This document shows positions 1-13,656 of a stretch of 64,000 bases of DNA, in pieces. The position numbers were made by a program, and so were the translations under genes. Position 1 is the first letter of the stretch, and each line of letters begins with the position of its first letter. Origin of the DNA: Octopus vulgaris (lineage: Eukaryota); the NCBI GenBank assembly GCA_951406725.2, contig OX597829.1, positions 9,300,001 to 9,364,000 on the forward strand, written 5' to 3'. Below the pieces are notes generated by a model. That model saw only the letters and a list, made by a program, of their open reading frames with translations, was not told the DNA's origin and did not search any database.

Positions 1-366
1 CGAAAGCAGGGATCAAATACTCACACACCTCCACATCAATAATATCTTTACACACACGCAGTCATATACTGATGCAACACACAACACACTCACACACACA
101 CACACACACATACACCTATAGACACACAGATAGATAGATAGACTAAAAAGAATATATATATATATACACACTTTAAATACATGTATATAAACACTGAGTT
201 CAAATATGCACGCATAAAGTACGGTCATATGAAAAAATTTTTCATATATATGTGCATATACATATACATACGCACATACACATTCGTGAAGCTACACGTA
301 TACTTAGGCATTAATACATAACTGAAAAAAGACAATTATATGTAACACACATTTCTCTGTCTCCCT

Positions 367-428
<62 letters not shown>

Positions 429-488
429 GTACATATGACATGCACGTGTGCATATATACTTATACATACATACATATGTATGTATATG

Positions 489-522
<34 letters not shown>

Positions 523-855
523 CTGTTGTGTCTGGGGAGAGTAATTTTCTTTTAGTGCCTTATTATTTAACACACTCAACGGTAAAATTTCCACTTTGTT
601 CTCTTATTTTTATTTTCTAAAATTTTCGTTGCGTCTTGCAACCTTTTCAATAGTCTTGGGTCTCTTGAAAATGTTGCAAGACGCAACGAAAATTTTAGAA
701 AATAAAAATAGGAAATAAGTGGAAATTTTACCGGTGAGTGTGTTAAATAATAAGGCACTAAAAGAAAATTACTCTCCCCAGACACAACAGAATATGCTTC
801 AACACACGAACTCATATAAAGAATCTTGCAAACCAAATCCCAAATCGAAATATAC
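523..855. mobile_element. Palindromic non-autonomous element (arms ~523-650 / ~665-790, right arm continues to ~855); probable inverted Penelope-type pseudo-LTR pair
   Basis: ctgttgtgtctggggagag... mirrored by ...ctctccccagacacaacag; single-arm copies at 8395-8525 and 50655-50790; starts in (TA)n. Confidence 0.75.
617..653 (-). ncRNA. Candidate minimal type I hammerhead, U3-A8 core variant
   Basis: Minus strand cua-UUGAAAA-g-guugc(aagac)gcaac-GAAA-au-UU-uag; stem I only 3 bp. Confidence 0.4.
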
Positions 856-1196
856 ATATATATATATATACGTGCATTGTCTCAAATATTGTTAATAACA
901 GGTGTTCCTTTGTTATGTAATTAAATAGATCTAACGGAAAATAAAGAATACTTCGTTTATGAGATTGAAAAATCGCTTATATCACTGAAAAATTGCTTAA
1001 CTATATTGAGGTTGCTTATAGCATAGGAACGTTTAAAAAGTATTCATATACACGCATACCCTGTATATATATATATATATATATATATACATACACGTAT
1101 ATAAGGTACATTTTCCCCTTATAATTTATCTTAGTTAAAATTACTGAGGTTATGTTTAATTGATAACAGATCTAAAGTTTTAGATTACTATGAATA

Positions 1197-1296
<100 letters not shown>

Positions 1297-1564
1297 TTAG
1301 ATAAAATAATATTTAAGCAGTCAAAAATGATTCAGACATCAAGTGAATAATATTGCTGACTACATATAAAATGAGAATCAGTAAAATTTAACTCATCTAA
1401 AATTTTAGATTATCATTGAAAACAAAAGATAAAGCAGAATTTAAACAATCAAGAAATTATTCAGACATCGAGTGAATAATCTAATTATTTACGCACATAC
1501 GTTCATATATATACATAAATACGGTAGTCCATAAATAATTTTTAACTCCTATTTCTAAATTCGG

Positions 1565-1732
<168 letters not shown>

Positions 1733-2214
1733 AACACTCACAAATATATATACCTGTACTCACATACGTAAAATATACATCAAAACATTATATCCATATA
1801 TACATACACTACAAGTCGATATATAATTATCTATGCCTATCAAAACTTACACATGGTAGTTTATACTCATGCAAGCATAAACATAAGTACCTACATTTAC
1901 ATTTTCATACGCTCATTACATGTCAAAAGCACACACTAATTAATTTATAAAGATATACGCATATACATATACACATATACATGCATTCACACAAACACAC
2001 CATATATATAAAAATAAGGGTATTTATATAATTAAGAATATATATAAAAATATATATATATATCCAGATTTATAGGTATAATACTATTATTAGAAAATAT
2101 TCTGGAAAGAATAAAATTAAATAATATAGAAAGATATTCATATAAAGGAATACGCACACATGCACACACACATACATACACACATACACACACACATATA
2201 TATATACACACACA

Positions 2215-2435
2215 TATTCGGTCCGGCATTTGCCATGATTGATCACTAGCCACTAAACATTTTTTTAATTATTTTCTTTATCTGTTTCTTTCTGTGTTCC
2301 TTTGTGTCGAAGAGCGTAGGCTCGAAACGTAAAAGACTTTCTCACTTCCCGAGCGTTAAACTAATAGATTTGTTTGTTGTTTACACACCCGTTTTCGTCT
2401 TTTGTATTGTTTATTTTTGTTTTGTAAATTTCAAG
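2215..2435 (+). mobile_element. Solo Penelope-type pseudo-LTR fragment with degenerate hammerhead (2300-2335)
   Basis: gaagagcgtaggctcgaaacgt...cacttcccgagcgttaaactaata matches the reverse complement of 59410-59540, which follows a GIY-YIG ORF. Confidence 0.7.
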
Positions 2436-3444
2436 TATATAGATGTATATGTATATATATGTGTGTGGTGGAGAATTAAATATATGCAGAAGGAATTTTA
2501 ATATAATGGTGTATCTAGTGTTACTATATAGTTGATGATTTATCAGAACAGTTAATGAAAAAGTTATGTAGAATATACCAGATAGAAAAATTAGACATAG
2601 AAATTATGAAGTATAGCAATTCTATTCTGGAGTATTGCGTAATTGATATAAAAGTTTAGTAATGGTTAAAAAATTATTAGCAGAAAAAATATTCAAAAAT
2701 ATTATTAATAGAAAAATAATCAAAAAAATTATTAATAGAAAAATAATCAAAAAAATTATTAATAGAAAAATAATCAAAACTTGTTTATAGAAAAATAATC
2801 AAAATAAATATTAAAATAAAAATAATCAAAAAAATTTTAATAGAAAAATAATCTAAAAAATTATTAATAGAAAAATAATCAAAACTTTTTAATAGAAAAA
2901 TGATCAAAAAAAATATTAAAATAAAAATAATCAAATAATTTTAATAGAAAAATAATCTAAAAAATTATTAATAGAAAAATAATCCAAAAAATTATTAATA
3001 GAAGAATAATCAAAAAACTATATTAATAGTAAATTAATCAAAAAAACTATATTAATAATAAATTAATCAAAAAAATTCTTAACAGAGAAATAATCAAAAG
3101 ATTTTTATTTGAAAAATATATTTAAAAATTATTAATAGAAGAATAAAGAAAAAAATTATAAATAAAAGAATAATAAAAAATTTTTAATAGAAAAATATTC
3201 AAAAAAATTATTAATAGAAAAATAAATCAAAAAAATTATGAAAGAAAAATAATCTAAAAAATTATTAATAGAAAGATAATCAAAACATTTTAATAGAAAA
3301 ATAATAAAAAAAATATTAATAGAAAATTCATAAAAAAATTTTTAATAGAAAAATGATCTAAAACATTTTTAATAGAAAGATAATCTAAACAGTTATTAAC
3401 ACAAAAATAATAATAAAAATGTTCATAGAAGAATAATCAAAAAA

Positions 3445-3775
3445 TTACGGAGATATATTTGCATAGCAAGTGACCTGATCTGAGATTGTGTGCTGGAGCG
3501 AAAACAATTGCAGCGTGGAAGGTGTTTATAAGCAATTTAAGAAACACGTTAAAACTGTTAGATTCATTTCAACATTTAAATTTAATTTGTCAAAATATTT
3601 TCGTCGCTTTCAGACCGCGACCTGTTCACTGACAAAATTCCGTCTGAAAGCGACGAAAATATTTTGACAAATTGAATTTAAATGTTGAAGTGAATCTAAC
3701 GGTTTTTGTGTGTTTCTTAAATGGCTTATAAACACCTTCCACGCTGCAATAATAAACACCTTCCACGCTGCAATA
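3445..3775. mobile_element. Palindromic pseudo-LTR-like element (inverted arms ~3506-3615 / ~3642-3750, terminal ~23-bp duplication)
   Basis: attgcagcgtggaaggtgtttataag... mirrored by ...cttataaacaccttccacgctgcaat; ataaacaccttccacgctgcaat repeated twice at right end. Confidence 0.8.
3586..3636 (-). ncRNA. Minimal type I hammerhead ribozyme, G3-C8 core variant
   Basis: Minus strand uuuguca-GUGAACA-g-gucgc(ggucugaaa)gcgac-GAAA-auau-UU-ugacaaa: 7-bp stem I, 5-bp stem II, palindromic stem III. Confidence 0.7.
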
Positions 3776-3920
3776 AAAAAAACTATTAATAGAAAAATAA
3801 ACAAAAAAATTATTCATAAAAAAATAATCAAAAAGATTATTAATAAAAAAAATAATCTAAAAAGCATTAATAGAAAAATAATCAAAACAATTACTTACTT
3901 TACTTACTTACTTTTTACTT

Positions 3921-4313
3921 TTTTACTTGTTTCAGTCATGTGACTGTGGCCATGCTGGGGCACCGTCTTTAGTCGAGCAAATCGACCCCGGGACTTATTC
4001 TTTGTAAGCCTAGTACTTATTCTATCGGTCTCTTTTGCCGAACCGATAAGTTACGGGGACATAAATACACCAGCATCGGTTGTCAACCGATGCGGGGGGG
4101 GGGGGACAAACGCAGACACACAAACATATACACACACATACATACATATATATATATATACACACATATATACGACGGGCTTCTTTCAGTTTCCGCCTAC
4201 CAAATCTACTTACAAGGCTATAGTAGAAGACACTTGCCAAAAGTGCCACGCAGTGGGACTGAACCCGGAACCATGTGGTTGGTAAACAAACTACTTACCA
4301 CACAGCCACTCCT
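3921..4313 (-). mobile_element. tRNA-derived SINE, family A
   Basis: Minus-strand head aggagtggctgtgtggtaag...ggttcagtccc (A/B-box-like); internal (CA)/(TA); homologous copies at 6012, 11920, 62470. Confidence 0.85.
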
Positions 4314-4859
4314 ACTCATTAATAAAAAAATAAATAAATATTATTAATAGAAAAATAATTTTAAAAATTATCATTAAAAAGGTAATCAAAAAAATTTTAT
4401 AGAAAAATAATCCAAAAAATTATTAATAGAAAAATTATAAAAAAATTATAATAGAAAAATAATCAAAAAAATTATAAGTAGATAATAATAGAAAAAATTA
4501 TTAATAGAAAAATAATATTAAAATTTTTAATAGAAAAAAATACAAAAAATTATCAATAGAAAAATAAATAAAAAAAATTTTAATAGAAAAGTAATCCAAA
4601 AAATTATTAATAGAAAAATAATTCAAAAATTATTAATAGAAGAAAAATGAAAAAATTATTAATTGAAAAATAATCAAAAAAATTATTAAGAGAAGAATAA
4701 TGAAAAAAATTATCAGTAGAAAAATGATTAAAAAAAATTTAATAAAAAAATAATACAAAACATTTTAATAGAAAAATAATCCCAAAAATTATTAATAGAA
4801 AAATAATCAAAAAAATTTTTAATAGAAGAATAAAAAATTATTAATACAAAAATAATCAA

Positions 4860-4915
4860 CATGGAGGCTATGGTCACGGTTCCCGCAATGAGGAGGGAAT
4901 TAGGCTGCTGGGGTT
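4860..4915 (+). mobile_element. Short LINE apurinic-endonuclease fragment (RTE-like)
   Basis: Translates HGGYGHGSRNEEGIRLL, resembling the G.G.RNEEG.RLL motif of RTE-type LINE endonuclease. Confidence 0.55.
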
Positions 4916-5238
4916 ACTGAATACACTATGTCTGTAGTACGACGTATTAGACTCTGGGCTGTCATTCAAAGAGATGCTTTTCTTACGTGAAAGACAACTT
5001 CTCAAGAATAACATAACAGGATCATAATGACCGTAGTGGATTTTAAAACAAAGGGAATATGTTGATTTCCTGCATGAAAGATAAATTACCAAGTGTATAA
5101 TATAATGTTCATATAGCGTACAAGATAAGTGCGAGGAACAGAATTTCTAGGAATTAAAAACTATTTGCAAGGAGTGGGCAACACTGGCTGTCCTCTTTGA
5201 AATTATGTATGTGTACATTTATATACAAGTGTGCGTGT

Positions 5239-5412
<174 letters not shown>

Positions 5413-5952
5413 AGATATAGATATAGATATACATATCGATATATATATATATATATATATATGATGGTGATTGTCTACTCCTTATTCAGTGTTTGACCAG
5501 CTCTTCTACCTACACATTAGGTCTCTCATGGCGTCTGATGTGGCTTTTTATACCAGAAAATGTTTTAAAAAGACACCCACATTGTTATTGCCTATCTGCT
5601 TTGGACCATCGCATTGACAGGTATGCACAGATAGTTTTCAACTAGCAATAACCACGCCTCGGATTTACCTCATTGGCCAGATAGATAGATAGACAGAGTA
5701 CCTAGTGGAGGTTCTTTTATCACGGGTCCTCAAATGAGATTGAGGCCCAGCAAAAGAAGGCATATATATATATACACACTCACACGCATATATAAATGTA
5801 TACATACACACAAATTCAAAGACATATATGTGTGTGTGTATATATACAGTTATAGTATATCTGTAAAGAATGTAGTAGAATACAGTATAAAGCTCGTCCA
5901 TCTTCAGGTTTGCGTTTGAGCACCTGACGTGTGTGAATAAATAATACGCACG

Positions 5953-5999
<47 letters not shown>

Positions 6000-6011
6000 C
6001 CTATTATTGTA

Positions 6012-6362
6012 TTTATTTACATGTTTCAGTAATTTAACTGTGGCTTTGCCGGAGTGTCGCATTGAAGGTATTTCTGTTTCTCTCTTGCACAAATCGACCA
6101 TAGGCCTTATTTCTGAAGCCAAGTACGTATTATGTCGGTATCTTTTGACGAACCGCTTCTCAAGTGGTAGCGGATAAACAACGACACAATAACGCACGCA
6201 TACAGCTATTTATACATAAATATACGACAGGTGACTTTCAGTTTTATCTACCCAATCCATTCAAGGATTTGTTCAGCCTCAGACTATAGTAGAAGACACT
6301 TGCCCAAGGTGCCACGCATGATTTTGGGAAGCATTCTTCTCACCACACAGGTATTCCTGCCA
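6012..6362 (-). mobile_element. SINE family A, diverged copy
   Basis: tttacatgtttcagt...ctatagtagaagacacttgcccaaggtgccacgca homologous to 3921-4313. Confidence 0.8.
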
Positions 6363-7342
6363 ATATGTATGTATCTATATATTAATATGTATGTATGTGT
6401 ACGTGTGTGTGTGTGTGTATATATTGCCTCGAAGAAATGTATTATATAATTACGTCTAAATTAATGTTATTTAATTTTAATGGGTACTTTAAGCTATTTC
6501 CAAAAATTTAGAAATACATTCAAATATTTCAATTCTTCATTATAATAATCTTTTAATAGTTATATAATAATATTAATTCCTATAAAAGGGTTTAATATAA
6601 TGAATAAATAGATAATTAATAATCTGTCGTAAAGTAATTAATCTTATATTAATCATAACGTGGAATTCTTATCTGATATCTTCATTTATAGTCATCCAGC
6701 AAAGTCATCAGTAGTTTTATATATTATTAACTATAATAATGTTTTAATTATTATATCATAAGATTAATTTACATAAAAGCATTTGATATAATAAAGAAAT
6801 CATTAATTATTGCGACGTAAAGTATCTAAGTTTCTGTTTAATGTAACGTAGAATTCTTTTCTGGAGTTTCTGTTCTCTAATTATCCAGCGATGTCATCTA
6901 TATTTGTCTATAAAAATACTCATTTTTAGGTAATTTTTTCAGGTTATTTTCCAATATAGATTTCAAATTGTCAAAATATAGGATTACTATGATGCTTTTT
7001 AAACATCTTTTGTTTGGATTTCATCATTGGTAGCTTCAGTCTCCAATAATTGAAGGACTTTTCTTAAAGACGTTTATTTTTTATTTTTCGCTTTATATTT
7101 ATTCTTATTTATATTCCTATTTTTATTTTGATTAACCAAATAAGTTATGCAATGGCATCACTAATGGTTGAATCAATGAATGTCTTAATTAGAATTTGAT
7201 TTAGGTTACTCTCTTCGTTAGCGTTTATTAAATACAAATGTTTTTAAGATGTTCAGTTAGAATTTCACCAATTTGGATTACCTTAATAATGTATTAACAT
7301 ATATTTTCGAAAATAGCATTATCAATTTTAATAATATTGTAT

Positions 7343-7465
<123 letters not shown>

Positions 7466-8394
7466 TGTATGTATGTATGTATGTATGTATGTATTTACGT
7501 ATGTATATGTATTAAGAACGAAAGTGCGATTCAAAATACATAAAAGCTGTCTCGGTAGCAATTTATTGACGCATTCTGAGAATACGCCATGGAAAGCCGC
7601 CAACTTCAGGTAAATTTGAAGCATATAGACAGGTAAGGCAGAATTTGGATGTGTGCAGTTCACCAACGATCATTGTGAAACAAGTGAAATTTGGAGAGAG
7701 TAGAAGAGAATTTGTAGAGGAAGTAGATCAAAAATACACAGAGCAACTATTTCAAAACTGCGTATAATCGGATTGGTGTCTTAGTGTATAATCCTGTCCG
7801 GTGGTCAAGGATTATGTATGGTCATATAATACAAAAAATGAATTTAAAAGGGGCTATTTGAGTAAGTCGTTCGGGTTAGACAGCATATCAAAGAGTTAAG
7901 TGAGTATGAAGTGTCGCCAGTCTTCCTACAGTAGAATAGAATGACACTCTTAAACATATCACATTCAAAAATATATTCACTCGTTCATATAGCTATACAC
8001 ACATGTAGAGAGATAGAGACATATTTAAGTGTATACACACACATACACACACACACACACACAGAAATTTTACATGGCACATAGTTTCAAATTGTACTCA
8101 CCACCATAAAGGCAAAGAAGTTTTACTATTTGGCAACTAGCACGAAATTTCACCTGATAAATTTCTACACACTTCGAAAAGAGAATAAAAGATAATATAT
8201 TAACTTAAATAATCTTTTCATACCAAGTGAATACTGCATTTATGCTTATTAAAGGCTAAAAATATACGGAATTCTCTGTTAATAAAGAATGTCTACTTTG
8301 GGCACACAATCGTAACTACCAACGAGATTTTATTATTTGCACCGGAGTCATGTGTCGAAAACAGTGATATTTATATTACTTTTCATTATATTCC

Positions 8395-8525
8395 GTTGTG
8401 TCTGGGGAGAGTCATTTTCTTTTTGTGACTTATAATGTAACACACACACCAGTAAAATTTCCACTTTTTTCTTATTTTTATTTTCCTAAAATTTTCGTTG
8501 CATCTTGCAACCTTTTCAATAGTCT
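8395..8525 (-). mobile_element. Single-arm copy of the 523-855 element
   Basis: gttgtgtctggggagagtcattttc...cttgcaaccttttcaatagtctt. Confidence 0.8.
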
Positions 8526-9407
8526 TATTTATTGTATATTTTAAAAATTTTAATATTCTATACACCAGACAGTTTTTAAATATATCTGTATGCGTATATA
8601 CGTCATGGTGTATATATATATATCTTGCTGTGCATATATGTATGTTGATATATATTTTTACGCATATGTGTATTTGTATATTTGTATGCGTGTTGCATGT
8701 ATGTATGTATATATGTACATATGAATGTCTTTTTATATGTGTGTGTTTGCCAGCTTTCTCTCTCTTTCTATCTGTCAATCTATTTTTCTCTTTCTTTTTC
8801 TTTCTTTCACCACTTCTTTCTCTCTTTCTTTTTCTTTCTCCCACCACATATTATTCTCTGATTTTCTTTCCGTTTTCTTTCTCTAGTTTCTAACAACTAA
8901 GTCCTATATTTAGAAATACAGACGTGGATACCTATGTATGCCGATAGCTATGTATGCAATTAGCATATATATTTATGTTTTACTTGTTTTTGTTTGTATA
9001 TGTGTGTAGGCATGTACCAACATTTGTATGTTTGTAAGTTTCGGTTATTTTAGTATGTGTAAGTATTATTAAATGTATATGTATTTTTATGAGGTTAGTT
9101 CTTTGTAAATGTTATTATTTCAAACAGACATATATTCTAATTTGAATTTATTTTACCCTTTAATAAATTTACCCTGTCTATACAAAATTTTCTCCTTCTA
9201 CTAAAGCTAAGTTTTGATTAAGGTTTTCTTCGACTTTAAATAATACGATTTTGAATAGTAATTTTTTAATTTCATATAATCAGTTATTGAGCAGACCTTT
9301 AGTTGAAAAGGACCAGTGATACAAAAGCAATTTCAAATGTGTATCTATCCATGAAATTGAATATTTATGCATATAAATATATCCTTATTTTTGCTCCATT
9401 CTAAACG

Positions 9408-9453
9408 AAAACTCTCCGACGAATGGGAACGTGAAACTCTGAGTAACAGTTTT
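9408..9453 (+). ncRNA. Degenerate minimal type I hammerhead in the Penelope 5' repeat
   Basis: aaaacucu-CCGACGA-au(gggaac)gu-GAAA-cucugag-UA-acaguuuu; U4 mutated to C. Confidence 0.55.
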
Positions 9454-9667
9454 TGTGATGTCTATACAGCTTTATTAATAAAGCATATTACTCTACCTCC
9501 GGTATTCGAGTTATATTATTTCCCACCTTGTTTCGTATTTATGCGCTTATTCTGGTGTCGCAGCTCTTTTTTAAGAAACTCTGAGCGACTGTCCACATGT
9601 AGAAAGAAGAAATAGCTGAAAGAAATGGATTTTTCCCTAAACAACACCTATCCTGGCACAGCAGCAA

Positions 9668-10196
9668 TACTTTAAAGCCTCGAGTATAGTCCGCCCTTGA
9701 GTATAATATGCAGGGGATTTTTAGAAGGCTGTACCTCTGAAAAACGTAAACCTTGTGTATAATACGCACCGCTTCTCTAACTTGAGTCAAGGAGGTCTAT
9801 ATACCGTCGTTGGTTTGTAAAAATGTATACGGTAACGTCCTTTATTATTATTGTATATATAACATAATGCAAACGTGTTTTTTTTTGTGTATTTTGTTTG
9901 CAGAAAATAAAGAAATAACAGTAATAACGTTTAATAAATGTTGCTTACTGCAAGTTATGGATGATTCTTTTATGACCTCATTGCTTTCAGGCTTAGCTTA
10001 AGGTATTTTCACGCCCGACATCATAAAAATGCGTCTGAATAAACATTGCCGAACAGCAAATAGAGACTCAGACATTGCTTAGAAAAGAATTTTCATTTTA
10101 GCCTCGTATATAGTACGCACTAGGGATTTTGACACTTAAATTAATTTTTTTTTTGTGGTGGGGGTGGGTGCGGATTATACTCGAGGATTTACGGTA
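9668..10196. mobile_element. Non-autonomous TIR DNA transposon (Tc1/mariner/pogo-type, TA target) nested in the Penelope ORF
   Basis: TA-ctttaaagcctcgagtatagtccgc ... gcggattatactcgaggatttacgg-TA; flanks rejoin as QQQ-Y-FKSLIEK. Confidence 0.8.
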
Positions 10197-10581
10197 CTTC
10201 AAAAGTCTTATTGAAAAAAAAAGAAACAAAAAAATGGAGGATTTTATCCAAAGAATGAGATGTAAAGCTTATTTCTTTGACACCAAACAATAAATTAACA
10301 GAAACACATTATGGCTTTAAATCTTCTAAAAAAAAAAACACCACCTATTTCGGAATTAGAAGATTTTGAAAAAGACATTTTGAAGCTTATTAGAAGAATA
10401 AAATTCCGCAACGTTAACAATCAATTCCAGTGAGATATGAAGTAAAAAATCAGAAACATTAAGAACTCGGAAAAGATCTTCGTAAACTCTGACAAAACAA
10501 AAAACTATACGCGGTTGACAAAGATGTTTAGAAAGGTGTACTTTGGAATAGCATTACAAACACCCACAAAAAAAAGATAAC

Positions 10582-11613
10582 ATGAATTTATATAGAGTGA
10601 CGAACTTGGAAGCAAGAAGAATTGGTAACAATCTTAAAGTTAGTGATAGGATAGAATACCTCTCCCCACACCAACCCTTTATTACCCTGAAGGACTACAA
10701 AGCAAATTTCAATAGAAACCCTAAATGTAGACTAATTAACCCAGCTAAACCTGAAATAGACGTTATTAGCAAAAGTATTTTAGTTTCTATTTTAAGCAGG
10801 TTAAATAGTGAATTAAATTTGCAGATTTGGGGAAATAGCAAGCCAGTGATTGATAGGTTCAAAGGAATTAGCCATAAACACAACTGCAAATTTACTCAGT
10901 TCGATATTGTCGATTTTTACCCGTCAATATCCAGGCCTTTACTTCTTAAAAAATCAGACTTCGCAAAGCAGTATGTCAACATCGATAACTCGGATTTAGA
11001 TGTTATCTTGCATGCAAGAAATCTCTCTTTTTTTTACGATGATTCCACCTGGGCTAGGATTCTCTATCCAATGTACCGATGGGGGAATTTTATAAGGGCG
11101 GTGTTGTGTATGTTTATAGAAGCTTATATTTTGCATAATTTGCATCCAGAATTCCCTTTTATAGATGCAGGATTATTATGCAGGGATGACGGTCTTATAG
11201 TCACCCATCATTTAAACGGCCATGTGTTAGATAAACTTAGGACGAATCTTATTACTTACTTCCAAAGAATTGGCTAACAGATAATGATAGAAAGAAATCT
11301 TAATAAGGTAGATTTTTTAGATTTTAATTTAGATTTGCAATTAGATAAATTTAAACCTTACCGTAAGCCCAATGATAAGAGTGTTTTTTTATATATCAAC
11401 AAAGAATCAAATCATCCGCACGTAATTCTTAAGAACCTAGTTAGTAATATAGGAAGGCGCATAACATCCATATCTTCAGACGAGACAGCGTTTCAAAATG
11501 TTGCGCCGTATTATTGTAATGCATTAAGTAGATTCTCGGAGAAGAGCCAGTATAGTGAAACTGCTTCTAGCAATAATAGACCAATTAAAACCAGAACTAG
11601 GAAAGTTTTGTGA
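10582..11613 (+). pseudogene. Penelope-like reverse transcriptase pseudogene
   Basis: ORFs 10582-11277 and 11284-11613 are in the same frame, split by a stop; RT motifs as above. Confidence 0.9.
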
Positions 11614-11919
11614 TTTAATCCGGCATTTAACATTACCACAAAGACAAATATAGGTAAGGGATTCTTAAAATTAATTTCTAAACGTTTTCAAACCAGCCAT
11701 AAGTTCTATAGAATTTTTAACCGGAGAATGCTGTAGGTAAGCTATTCTTGTTTCAAAAACTTCTCTTTTATTAATAAGCACATGGTATTTTTTCGGTTGA
11801 CAATTAGATATATGTATGTATGTATATATATATATATCAACCATACAGGAATCGTTGGCGATTTTCTCCTTCCGTGGTCGAGAAGCAAGATACTTAACAC
11901 ACAACCACACCTGCGCCTA

Positions 11920-12305
11920 ATGCGTGGTTGTGTTAAAAAGTATGTTTCCCACAACACGAGTCCGGTTTCAGTCCAACTGTGCGGTATGTTGGTCAACTAC
12001 CTTTTACTATAGCCTTGTCCAGACCAAAGCCTTGTGATTGGACCTGAAAGACGGAAACTGAAGAAAGCCAATCAAACACACACACACACACACATACGCA
12101 CACACACATACGCACACACACACACACTAACACAGATACGCGTATTTATGTCTTTATTAACTCAGGGTTCGGCAAAAGAGACCGACAGAATAAGAACCTG
12201 GTTTAAAAAGAAAAAAATACCGGGAACCGATTCGCTGGAGTAAAATAATAGAAGTTGCTCCAGCATGACCGCTGTCTAATGGCTGGAAAAAAGTAAAAGA
12301 TAAAA
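11920..12305 (+). mobile_element. SINE family A, diverged copy
   Basis: ctatagccttgtccagaccaaagccttgtg...ggttcggcaaaagagaccgacagaataag...gctccagcatgaccgc. Confidence 0.8.
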
Positions 12306-12348
12306 GACATATGTGTGTGTGTGTGTGTGTGTGTGCGTGTGTGTGCGC

Positions 12349-12394
<46 letters not shown>

Positions 12395-12481
12395 CTATGT
12401 GTTTGCTCGCATGTGTATGTGTGTGTAGATACACTTATGTAAAACACTTATAAATAGATTTACACACAGAGGCACTCACAC

Positions 12482-12546
<65 letters not shown>

Positions 12547-12717
12547 CATATATTTATGTTATACATACACACACACACATATATATATATATATGTATGT
12601 ATGTATGCTTAACATATATTTATATATATACATACAAACACATGTATATATTTTGACTGTAGTATTCTATGCGGTGGTTTGCTTGTGTTCATACGTATTT
12701 ACTTCTATATATGTATG

Positions 12718-12777
<60 letters not shown>

Positions 12778-13137
12778 GGTATGTTTATACGTATTATACA
12801 CATATATGTGTGGCTTTATACCTGGTAGAAAATATGGTAGGCGTATACATTACACATATTTGTCAAATCGACTTTTAATTGCAGCGAACAATGGTATTTT
12901 ATTTGAAATAGCGTTTATACATCTGTGCACGTGCATGCATAATGTTAGAGTGAGCATACGTGCGTAAGTGTAGGCACGCATACATGACTATGCATGAAGT
13001 GAACGATACAATTCACATGGATGTAAGATTTTGTGTGAAAATGTGTGTGTATGAATATATATATACACACACATGTATATAATTGTATAATTGTGTGAAT
13101 ACAATATATATATATATACACACATAAATATACACAC

Positions 13138-13181
<44 letters not shown>

Positions 13182-13382
13182 TTATATATATGTAAATATG
13201 TATATATGTATAAGGATATATATTTATATGTATGTATATATATATATATATGTATATATGTATATACATATATGTATATAATATATATTCATATGTATAT
13301 ATATGTGTATATACGTATATACGTATGTATATATTTATATATGTATATATATGTATATATGTATATATATATGTATAAATAT

Positions 13383-13420
<38 letters not shown>

Positions 13421-13596
13421 TGTATATATTTATGTATATATATATATATATTTATATATATGTATGTATGTATATATATATATATTATATATGTCTATTT
13501 ATATACACATGTATATATGTATGTGTATATATATATACACATATATATAAACATATTGCGTGTATACATACAGATACATATATTTTAAATACACAC

Positions 13597-13656
<60 letters not shown>

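Larger units (their letters stand above)
2670..4858. repeat. AT-rich minisatellite, ~22-bp unit (aaaaaattattaatagaaaaataatc-like), interrupted by two insertions
   Basis: Degenerate tandem units at 2670-3445, 3775-3890 and 4318-4858. Confidence 0.9.
9219..11790 (+). mobile_element. Penelope-like retroelement, decayed: 5' pseudo-LTR with hammerhead, N-terminal region and RT; 3'-truncated before GIY-YIG
   Basis: Motifs FIQRMRCKAYFF, PFITLKDYK, PKCRLINPAK, FDIVDFYPSI, CRDDGL, VDFLDFNLDL, PYRKPND, SNHP, RKVL*FNPAF; stops and frameshifts; 9219-9385 similar to 38746-38903. Confidence 0.92.

Noticed and set aside
7555-7925. Possible old LINE RT fragment
   Set aside because: Only a vague QAEF-like motif; insufficient evidence
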